A stretch of DNA of 64,000 nucleotides from a virus: positions 32,001 to 96,000 of the IMG/VR virus record IMGVR_UViG_3300036834_000189; one strand, written 5' to 3'. Below are positions 29,937 through 39,600 of this stretch, piece by piece. The first letter of the stretch is position 1; every line of letters starts with the position of its first letter. A model generated the notes under the pieces. The model saw only the letters and a program-made list of their open reading frames with translations, searched no databases and had not been told where the DNA came from. The position numbers and the translations under genes are program-made.

Positions 29937-30839
29937 ATGCCGCAGTCCCGCTCGATCAACAACTACAAGCCGGCCATACCCTACGACTACATCGGTCTGC
30001 AGCCGTCGCACAAGCGGCTGGTCGACGAGTATCTGGTCGATTTGAACATTGCGCAGGCGGCGCAGCGCTGCAACATCAACCTGACGACCGCCGAGCACAT
30101 CATCCGGCGTGACGACGTGCAGCGCGCGGTCAAGGAGCGCCGCACCTTTCTCGACAGTGGGCGTGCCCTCAAAGGCGCCAAGTTTGTGCTCGACAAGCTG
30201 TGGGAGGTGGCCACCGCCGACCCGCGCGATCTGGTGCAGATCTGGAAATTGCCGTGCCGCTTCTGCTGGGGATTGAACGGGCGCTACCAATTCACCAAAG
30301 CGGAGTTCGACCGGTTGTTGAAGGCGCATGAATACGGCTTGAGCGACCGCCCGTTCGACGCGTTGTGGCCGCGCTCCGACGCCGACCGCGCCGCCTGGGT
30401 GTGCGGCAAGAACCGGCTTGGTCTGGACACGCTCGGCGGCGACGGCTACACGACGCGCCGCGACCCCAACCCGAATTGCACCGAGTGCGCCGGTCAGGGG
30501 GTGACAATCAACGTGACCGCGGACACCCGCAAACTGTCCAAGGGCGCCCAGGCGCTGTATCGCGGCGTCAAGCTCGACAAGCAGGGCCGGATCGAGGTCC
30601 TGATGGCCAACGCCGATATCGCCAACGGTTTGTTGGCCAAGCACTATGGGATCATCGACAAGCACAAGGCCGGGTCCGGGGAGAGCATGACGATCGATCC
30701 GTCGACCTTGTCCGAGGAAGAACTGGCGCAGGCGATCACTCATCTGGAGCAGATGGTCGACGGCGAGTTCACGGTGATCGAGTCGGGTGCGCCGGTCGAG
30801 CAGATCGCACCACGCAAGCTCACTCGGCCGGTCGGATGA
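29937..30839 (+). CDS. terS: terminase small subunit
   Basis: VDEYLVDLNIAQAA N-terminus; CRFCWG...PNPNCTECAGQG; located upstream of TerL. Confidence 0.8.
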   Translation: MPQSRSINNYKPAIPYDYIGLQPSHKRLVDEYLVDLNIAQAAQRCNINLTTAEHIIRRDDVQRAVKERRTFLDSGRALKGAKFVLDKLWEVATADPRDLVQIWKLPCRFCWGLNGRYQFTKAEFDRLLKAHEYGLSDRPFDALWPRSDADRAAWVCGKNRLGLDTLGGDGYTTRRDPNPNCTECAGQGVTINVTADTRKLSKGAQALYRGVKLDKQGRIEVLMANADIANGLLAKHYGIIDKHKAGSGESMTIDPSTLSEEELAQAITHLEQMVDGEFTVIESGAPVEQIAPRKLTRPVG

Positions 30840-31050
30840 CCGACAGCAAGCTCGTCGAGCTTGACGGCAATCTCGATGTCGAGCGCCCGACCGCGCTGGC
30901 TTACCGGTTCTACGACGGGCGGGTGCACGTCTGGCTGCCGAAGTCGCTGTGCACATGGACGCCGGATCACGGGGCGGTCGACGAACTTGAAGGCGAATGC
31001 GGTACGATGGAAGTGCCGGAGTGGCTCGCCCTCAGGGCGGGGCTTTTGTG

Positions 31051-31257
31051 ATGCCTGACGATCCCGTCTCAGAGCCGCTGCTGCAATTCTTCCGCTACGA
31101 GCACCTGCGCCCGGAATTGCAGTCGATCAGCAAGGTGTTCGGCGATCTGGCGCACGACCTCGTCGTCGCGTTGCCGCGCAACCCCGAGCGCACGGTCTGC
31201 TTGCGCAAGCTATTAGAGGCAAAGGACTGCGCGGTGCGCGCCTTGCTGTTCAAGTAA
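31051..31257 (+). CDS. small helical-hairpin protein, possibly an Acb2/Tad1-like signal sponge
   Basis: FFRYEHL...LP.NPERTVCLRKLLEAKDCAVRA resembles the Tad1/Acb2 C-terminal helix pattern. Confidence 0.45.
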   Translation: MPDDPVSEPLLQFFRYEHLRPELQSISKVFGDLAHDLVVALPRNPERTVCLRKLLEAKDCAVRALLFK

Positions 31258-31295
31258 GTCGAGTCGATCTGCCCCCGCATGCTCAGCGCCAGTGA

Positions 31296-31505
31296 GTGAC
31301 TCGCATGCCTGTTCCCCCCGACGGTTCGAAGAACCACCCGCTCTACGTGGTCACCACCACGGCTCCGGGCACCGCTCCGACAGTCCCGCCCGACGGGACA
31401 GCAGGCAACCCGCTGTATGTCGTGACCGTGGCCGCCCCGGCGGTTGCCGCCACGGCGCCTCCCGACGGCACCGCGGGCAACCCGCTGAATGTGACGCCGG
31501 GCTGA
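31296..31505 (+). CDS. small protein of three PPDG..xNPL.V repeats
   Basis: Three internal repeats visible in the translation. Confidence 0.5.
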   Translation: MTRMPVPPDGSKNHPLYVVTTTAPGTAPTVPPDGTAGNPLYVVTVAAPAVAATAPPDGTAGNPLNVTPG

Positions 31506-31755
31506 TGTCGGCACCGCGCATTGATACATAACAATCCAGAGACGCGCGTGGGGAGTTAGCCTGGGACAAGCCGCGGGGCGCGGTCGTAGTTGCCCGCGCG
31601 GCCCGAGGCCCCGCAGGTCTCCCTGCGCGCTGCGGCGAAGGCCGCCCGATGGCCCTTTCGGCTTTGGCCGGGGTTATCTAGCCCTCGGGGCTCCACGCGT
31701 GCCTACGGGCTTCTACGGGGTTTTTGACGGCACAACAATAGATCGGGAGGGGCCG

Positions 31756-32202
31756 ATGCCGATGCCGCTGCGGGCGCTGTTGGGGCTGTGCATGCTGGCG
31801 GGGGTGACATTGACCTACTGCAGCGCGCAGGCGGTTCCCCACCAGCCGCCGTGCGGCCATGGGCACCAACCACCCTGCCCACAACCACCACCCCCGCCAC
31901 CCCCGCCACCCCCGCCGCCGCCGACGCCGACGCTGACCCTGACCTTTGCGCCACAGATGCCGGCGATCCCGGCGGACACGCCGCTGGGCACCACCGTCGC
32001 CACGGTCACCGCGGCGTGGAGCGACGGCTCGGCGTTTACCGGAACCCTGATGTTCGCCGCACCTTATGCCGATGACGGCGGCACCTTCGCGCTCAGCTGC
32101 ATGCAGTGCGCGACCGCCAATATCATCGTCAGCCCGCTGGGGTTGGGGCTGAGCGGGGACGGCGGCACGGTGCAGTACCTCACCGTGTCCGCCACGCCGT
32201 GA
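31756..32202 (+). CDS. secreted or membrane Pro-rich protein
   Basis: Signal-peptide-like N-terminus, poly-Pro linker and a beta-rich domain. Confidence 0.5.
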   Translation: MPMPLRALLGLCMLAGVTLTYCSAQAVPHQPPCGHGHQPPCPQPPPPPPPPPPPPPTPTLTLTFAPQMPAIPADTPLGTTVATVTAAWSDGSAFTGTLMFAAPYADDGGTFALSCMQCATANIIVSPLGLGLSGDGGTVQYLTVSATP

Positions 32203-32345
32203 GAGGGATCAGGGAGGGCCGAGCCATGACGGACGGGGACGAGGCGGTTTTCGCCAATGGCGGACGCCGCCTATTGGGCGAAACCGGTTGCCCCTGTGCC
32301 GGTGGCTGGGGAGCGGCTTTCGCGCATCAGCGGGCTCCGTAGAGG

Positions 32346-33932
32346 ATGCCCATGGAACGCCCCGCCGCCGAGCGTTATCTGCTGACCCTGCAGGACCGTG
32401 TCTATCGCGACGCGCTCGGCGCGCGCCGAGCGCAGCCGCGCGCCGAGGATTGGGCGTACGACTACAGCGGTCGACCGACCGCGTTTCTCGGCGAGCTGAT
32501 CGGGCCGCAGTGGCACGACGACGACTGGCTGGCGTGGCGGACCTTTATCAAGGCGGTGTTTGTCGAGCCGCTGACCACAGCCGGCGAGCATCGCATCTTC
32601 CAGCGCTGCACAAACCTGTCGACCCCGCCGACGACCAGACCGCCTTCGGTGTGGATGCCGATCGGTCGACGCGGCGGCAAGAGCCGCATCCTCGCCGCGA
32701 TCGCGGTCTATCTGGCGATGTGCTTCGACTGGTCGCATTACCTCGACCCCGGCGAGATCGGCGTCATCCCGGTACTGGCGATGGACCGCCGCCAGGCGCG
32801 TACGATCATGAGCTATGTCAAGGCGTTTGTGGCGCACGACAAATTGAAGGCGCGAGTGGTCGCCGAGTCGGCCGAGAGCATCGTGCTCAAAGGCAATCTG
32901 CTGATCGAGGTCGTCACGGCGTCGTTCCGCGCCGTGCGGTCGCGCACCGTGCTCGCCGCCTTGTGCGACGAGCTGGCGTTCTGGCGGAGCGAAGAGAGCA
33001 GCCTCAACCCGGATCGCGAGATCATCGCGGCGCTCGAACCGGCGATGGCGACAATCCCCAACGCTCTCCTGCTCGGCGCGTCGTCGCCTTATGCCCGGCG
33101 CGGCGTGTTGTGGGAGAATTACGACCGGTACTATGGCAGGACCGGCGGCCCGCTGATCTGGAAGGCCGCGACACGGGTCATGAACCCGACCGTGCCGCAA
33201 GCCTTCATCGACGCGAAATACGCCGAGGACCCGGTCGCGGCGCGCGCCGAATACGGCGCCGAGTTCCGTGTCGATGTCGACGCCTTCCTGACCCGCGAGG
33301 TCCTCGACGACGCGGTCGTGCGCGAGGTCCGCGAGCTGCCGCCCATGCCGCAGACCATCAAGTACCGGGCATTTGTCGACCCCAGCGGCGGATCGAGCGA
33401 CTCGATGACCTTGGCGATCGGTCATGTCGACAAGGAATCGAAGCGCGGGGTCGTCGATGTGGTCCGCGAGCGCCGCCCGCCGTTCTCGCCCGAGGCGGTC
33501 GTCACCGAGTTCGCCGAGCTGCTGCGCCTGTACCGGGTGTTTCGCGTCAAGGGCGACCATTACGGCGGCGAGTGGCCGCGCGAGCGCTTCCGCATCGCCG
33601 GCATCGATTACCAGGTCGCCGACAAGCGCAAATCCGACATCTATCTGGAGTTCCTGCCGCTGCTCAACGCCGGCCGTGTGCAGTTGATCGACGACCGCCG
33701 GCTCTACGACCAATTGCTCACGCTGGAGCGGCGCACCGCGCGCGGCGGGCACGAATCGATCGACCACCCGCCGCACGCGCACGACGATCTGGCCAATGTC
33801 GTCGCCGGGGTCATCGTCGACTTGCTCGCCAAGCGTCAGATGCTCGATGTCGACCCGTCGGTGCTGGCGCGGTCCCTGGTGTTCAATCGGCCATCGCTGG
33901 ACCGGCTCGCCGAGCCGGGTCCGCGATGGTAG
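32346..33932 (+). CDS. terL: terminase large subunit
   Basis: Walker A IGRRGGKS, Walker B LCDELAF, nuclease motifs VDPSGG and HDDLAN. Confidence 0.92.
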   Translation: MPMERPAAERYLLTLQDRVYRDALGARRAQPRAEDWAYDYSGRPTAFLGELIGPQWHDDDWLAWRTFIKAVFVEPLTTAGEHRIFQRCTNLSTPPTTRPPSVWMPIGRRGGKSRILAAIAVYLAMCFDWSHYLDPGEIGVIPVLAMDRRQARTIMSYVKAFVAHDKLKARVVAESAESIVLKGNLLIEVVTASFRAVRSRTVLAALCDELAFWRSEESSLNPDREIIAALEPAMATIPNALLLGASSPYARRGVLWENYDRYYGRTGGPLIWKAATRVMNPTVPQAFIDAKYAEDPVAARAEYGAEFRVDVDAFLTREVLDDAVVREVRELPPMPQTIKYRAFVDPSGGSSDSMTLAIGHVDKESKRGVVDVVRERRPPFSPEAVVTEFAELLRLYRVFRVKGDHYGGEWPRERFRIAGIDYQVADKRKSDIYLEFLPLLNAGRVQLIDDRRLYDQLLTLERRTARGGHESIDHPPHAHDDLANVVAGVIVDLLAKRQMLDVDPSVLARSLVFNRPSLDRLAEPGPRW

Positions 33933-34632
33933 CAGGGAGGCGGCGGCATGTGGGGAGAAAGCCGGTACCAGGAGCTGGTCGACACTGTCAGGACACTGCT
34001 CCCGCTGCTCGAAGAGCGGTTGCGGGAGGGCGTGAAGGAGCGCCCGCTGCCGTTCGCGCTGCGTTTGCAATTGGAAGAACTGAGCGCTCTGGTGGGGACG
34101 CCGGGCATGCGGTTGTGAGCTTCACCGATCGGGGCATGATCGTCGCCACCCAATGAGTAGGGCGCCGTGGCGCGCCTCTGGCGTTCCGGGCATCTATATC
34201 GTGCCTGCCGGGGTGCACGTGCCTGAGCGATTTGCCGTCGGCTGCATGGTACACGGCGTCTGGACCCTGCTCGGGATTTTTCGCAATTGGGATGTTGCCG
34301 TGAGGGTGCGCCGCGCCACCCTGGACGAGTATCCGGGCAAAAAGGGACGCGGTTGCGTTTCTCGTGCGCGCGGCCTGACAAGGCCCTACCGGGCGTTTCT
34401 GCCGGGTGGAACGGCCCTTGGCTTCTTCACCACCGAGTGGCGCGCTCGGCGGGCCATTCGGGAATGCATCGAAGATCCAGCGGCAATCGCCAAGTATCGG
34501 CACAATCACCGCGGGCCACGGCTGGCCGGGCACTTCTGTCCCGCGTGCGGCAACCGGGATAGGGAGGAGGACGGCGCGGTCGGTATTGGACCCAGTACGT
34601 CGGGCATTGCCAGTGGGTGAACCAAGCGCGCT

Positions 34633-36570
34633 TCACTGCCGGGTGGTCAGCAGATCCATGAACCGACCTTCGAACATCATGGCGGGCGGCTGCGGCCGGC
34701 GGCGCAATTCGCGGATCCTGCCCTTGTAGTCGCGCACCGTGTCGAAGCTGGCGAACAAGCTGCCGGTGCGGTCGCCGACGGTGATCTGGTAGCCCTCGGT
34801 GCGGCGGTCCTTGAGGAAGCCGCCGGTGCCCTCGCGCTGTGCGCGCTCGGCCTCCTCGGACTCGACCGTAGCCATCCAGCACGCCGTGATGACCGCGTAG
34901 CGCACCGCCTGGACCTTGACCAGCAGCGCGCGGAACAGCGCCATGGTGAGATCCTTCTCGAAGCCGCCGCCCAGCTGGATCGACTTGGGGTCGACGACGC
35001 TGGTCGCGCCGTCCGCGCCGTCCATGACGAACAGCGGCGGCAGATCCTTGCCCGCCGCCACTTTCCCGATCGCGCCTTGCAGATGGCGGCAATGAATTTC
35101 GAGATACTGCTCCAGCGAGGGCTCGGTCATCAGAGGTCGTCCATCACAGTGGTTTCCTCGTGTCGTGCGGCGTGCTGCTGCCGTCGGCGGCGCATACGAC
35201 CATGACCTTGTGCTCGTCCATTTGCTGGCAACCCAGAGCGGTCGGCTCGGTCATTTCGCCCTCGCTGCCCGCTTGCGGAATTCGTAGATCGCACTTTCGA
35301 GCGAGCGTCGGGCGTCGCCCTCGGCGTAACCCTCTTCCCACGCGTCGACGACGGCAAGGTAACGATCCGCCGCCCGGGCGAGATATTCGCCGAACTCGAT
35401 CGCGTAATCCTTCGAGGTGCGCTCGGGAGTACGTGCGTCGTGCGTCATGGCTTTGGGTTTCCTGGCCGTGCGGGTTCACTATAACTTGTCGATCTGCGCC
35501 GCGGCACGCTCCAGGATCCGCGCAATCCTGCTCCACACCCGGTGTGGGTCGCGATCCTGCCACGCGCTCTGCAGCACGCCAGCGCTCTCGTAATACTGCT
35601 CTGCGGCATGACGCAGGACCGCCGCGACCTTGTCCGGCGCGTCAACGTCGAGATCCAGGCTTTTCATAGCTGTTTCACTTCCAGATTTTGGGTCCATCAC
35701 ATTTGCCCCTTATCAATACTCGCTGGGCAGCAGGATGGTGCCGCCAGTGAACCACAGAGTAATTCCTCCCTCCGGGAAGTCGGTGTAGTCGATCCGTTTC
35801 GACCACACCTTGTTGTCGTTGCCATCCTCGACAAACAGTTTGGCGGTACCGTTTTCCGCGACGACGAGTTTCCACACCTGGAATTCTTCACGGCGGATCT
35901 TTGGGCGGTGCTGGCCAAAGGCGATCTCGTCCAAGAGCCAGTAGGCGCCGGCCGTCTCGGCGACGTACTGCACGCCCTCGGTGTAGAGGACGTTGCGCGC
36001 GAGACCGTGGCGGAACCATTGCTCGGTGCCGGTGAATTGACCCAGCACGACCGGGTCGAGTTTGTGGTTGGTCATTTCGGTCTCCGTGGAAGAGAGGGGC
36101 GCCTAGCGCGCCCCGTAGTGCAGTCGAATGCCGCGCGCGATCGCCGATTGGGTCGCGGCGTTCCATTGGTAGGCGCGGGCGTCCTGGACCATGTTGCGCA
36201 TCGCGTCGTGCAGGCCTTCGTTGCCGAGCGTGCCGAGGAAGTTCTCGACGGCGATCTTGCGGACGCCTTTGCGGGTCGCGAGCTGCTCGATTTGTTCACT
36301 AGTGATCATCGGTTCTCTCCGTGGATCAAGAGGGGATTAATAAAAGCACACGCCTTTGTCCCCGATGCTGACCGTGAGACCGCGCAGCGCCGCTTCCTGG
36401 TCGATGCCCTGCGTCGCAACGGTATCGCACCCTGCCGGCCAACGATCGATGAACCGGATGTAGATCCCGTCCCGCTCCTTACCCTCGACCCATACGGTCA
36501 TGGGTTCGTGCCGAATATTGCGGGCAGTCAGCCAGAAGTCGAAGCTGCTCAACCTGGTGGGCGTCGTCAT
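34633..36570 (-). other. minus-strand island of small hypothetical genes (34633-35130, 35251-35448, 35479-35700, 35713-36075, 36103-36309, 36337-36570)
   Basis: Consecutive short ORFs, several with GGAGA-type RBSs, downstream of the hairpin promoter at 36589-36644. Confidence 0.7.
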
Positions 36571-36588
36571 CGGTTCTCTCCGGTCGGT

Positions 36589-36644
36589 GGTGGGGCTCGA
36601 TTGCCCTACCCCTGCTTATATAGCGTGATTGACGAAAAAGTCAA
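36589..36644 (-). promoter_or_regulatory. promoter plus conserved leader hairpin (copy 3)
   Basis: TTGACT-16bp-TATATA, then GGTAGGGC-AATCGA-GCCCCACC. Confidence 0.75.
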
Positions 36645-36652
36645 GCACTAAA

Positions 36653-39600
36653 ATGAGCGACACCAAAATCACCAATCTGCAGGAAGTCGCACGGACCGAG
36701 AAGCCGATCTCGCGGATTCTCGACAGCGTCGTGGAGCACAGCGCGCGCAAGCCGCAGCCGTTCTCGGCGTACGACTTTGATCGTCTCAACCGGCTCTTTC
36801 CGCCGGTTGTCGAGAAGGCGGTACGCGACGCCGGCATCCCGACTCTGGCGCAAGACCAGACGGTCATGGGCACGTATGGCTGGGCGGCGCAGGATGTCAT
36901 CTACTCGGCGTTCGCCGAGGGCGTGGTCTTCCTCGGCTACAGCTATCTCGCGACCTTGGCGCAGCGCGCCGAGTACCGCGTCGTCACCGAGACGATCGCG
37001 GGCGAGATGACCCGCGAATGGATCGAACTCAAAGCCGCCAGCGGCGACGACAGCAAGCACGACCGGATCAAGGCGATCGAGGACCGGCTCGACGCGCTCG
37101 ACGCCCGCAACTGCTTTCGCAAATGCGCCGAGAGCGACGGGTTCTTCGGCCGCGGGCATCTGTACCTCGACACCGGGATGACCGACGATTCCGAGGAACT
37201 GCTCAGCGATCTCGGCAGCGGCCGGTCGGTGATGAGCCAGACCAAGATCGGCCCCGACAAGAACCAGAAGCTGATCGGACTGCAGCCGGTCGAGGCGACC
37301 TGGGCGTACCCGACGCATTACGAGTCGGTGGACCCGCTCAAGCGCGATTGGTACAGCCCGACGACCTGGTACATCATGAGCCGCGAAATCCACAAATCGC
37401 GATTATTGACATTTGTCAGCCGTGAAGTCCCCGACATCCTCAAGCCCGCCTACGCGTTTGGCGGATTGTCAATGTCGCAAATGCTCAAGCCCTACGTAGA
37501 CAATTGGTTGAGGACCCGCCAGTCAGTCTCTGATCTGATCCAGAATTTCAGCCACAACGTGCTGCACACCAACATGGACGCCACGACCGCGGTCGGCGGC
37601 GACAACATGTTCGCCCGCGTGGCGCTGTTCAACAACATCAAGAACAACCAGGGCACCATCCTGGTCGACAAGGACGCCGAGGACTGGAGCAATGTCAGCG
37701 TGCCGCTCGGCGGGCTCGATCACCTGCAGGCGCAGGCGCAGGAGCACATGGCGGCGATCGCCCGCATCCCGCTGGTCAAACTGCTCGGCATCCAGCCGGC
37801 CGGTCTCAACGCCTCGTCGGAGGGCGAGCTGATCTCGTTCGAGGACTGGATCGCCGCGTTGCAGGAACTGCTGTTCCGCAAGCCGCTGACCTCGGTCATC
37901 GACTTTGTCCAGTTGTCGATGTGGGGCTTTATCGACCACGACATCACGTTCGACTTCGTGCCGCTGCGCCAGCTCAAGCCGCAAGAGCAGGCAGAATTGA
38001 GTTCGACGGTCGCGCAGACCCGTGAACTCTACATGAACATGGGCGCGGTCGACGGCCAAGAGGTCCGTGAGGCGCTGGCGCAGGACGACGATGCGCCGTT
38101 CGCCGGTCTCGATTTGTCGCAGCCGCTGCCGCAGCCGCCGATGCCGCCGGGTGGAATGGGGGGACCCGGCGGCCCGGGTGGTCCTCCAGGCGGCGCGAAG
38201 CCCAATGGCGCGGGCGGCCCGCCGATGCAGCCGCCGATGGGGGATACAAGGTCGCCCGCGCTGCCGTTTCCGACCGGTGCGCGCGATGTTGGGATAGCAC
38301 GCGGGTTCGCGCACGACGCCGCGCTGCTGTCGCATGCGAGTGTCGCGTTCGAGCACCCGGCGCAAGGGGTCGACCACTGTGCGCAGTGCGGGCATTACCT
38401 CGGCGTCGACGACTGCGAGCTGGTGCGCCCGCCGGTCAAGCCGGCGGATTGGTGCGACCGGTTCACCGATGCCGAGGTCGAGGACGATGTCGAGGACGAC
38501 GACTTCGCCGAGGACGCCGACTGGGATCCGCAGGAGCATCCGCAAAGCGCGAAGACCGGCCAGTTTATCGCGAAGGGCACCAGTGAAGGCGGTGGCGCGA
38601 TCCCGGAGCCGCCGCAGATCCAGTCGCAGCACGCCGCGAACATCGGCAAGCAGAAGCACCTGGACGCATTGCACGCGCACGCCAAGGCGGGCGACTGGAG
38701 CAAGGTCGCGGCGTACCCGACACCGGGCACCAACACCTACGCGAAGAAGGTCCAGAAGTACAAGGCCGACCTGCTGAAGCTCGCGCCCAAAGGCGAGGGC
38801 GCGCCCAAAAGCGAGGAAGAAGCCGAAGCTTATAAACCCGAAGTGCCGGATTTTTACAAAAAGGATCTCGGCAAGCAGGGGTTCGGGTTTATGGGTGAGG
38901 GGTCGGGCGGCAGTCAGCTGTTCCAGGAACCAGCGACCCAGATTTCTGTGAAGGTCGAGCCCCCGGCGGCAGAGTCGGGCAACGCGACATGGTCGATCTT
39001 CGATAAAGCAGGCAAGGTAATCCAGGAGGGCGAGGCCGCTGGGCATCTGGAGTTCGCGGTTAAAAAGCACCTCGCCGCCGCCAAATCCGCTGGGCCGTCG
39101 CCCGAGCCCGCAGCCGCGCCTGAAGCCGCCAAAGTCACCTCCATGGAGGTGACCAAAACAGCCCAAGGCATGGGGTTTGAGGTAGCCGGTTACGGTGAAA
39201 TGGTCAACCCGGCCACCGGTCATGTTCTCAAGGTGGACCCCGGCGGTAAATGGACGATCAAGGAGAAGAACGGCGATCTCGAAGCAAAGGGCGACAGCTT
39301 TGCAGAACTGAAGAGTGCCCTTGAATTTGGTGCGGTAAACGGTCCTGTCACTTGGGGATCACCAAAACTTGAAGCCGAAACCGAGGCTGCGACTAAAGAA
39401 GCCGCGTCCGTGGTCAAGCCCAAGGGCGCCAGCAAGATTTACTCGCACGAGACCGCCACGAAATGGGCCGCCGACCCGAAAGCCGTCTCCGAGCCCGCGC
39501 TTCGCTACTCGAATGGCGACGCCACAAACGAGACCGAGACCTTGGTCATCGGTACCGGCGCCAAAAACCAGGGCAAGTGGCAGATCTGGAAGAAGGGCGA

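Noticed and set aside
36639-36650. agtcaagcacta resembling the array-1 spacer pair gcactagg/agtcaaga
   Set aside because: Only partial (6-7 of 8) matches, on the same strand and overlapping; not convincing.
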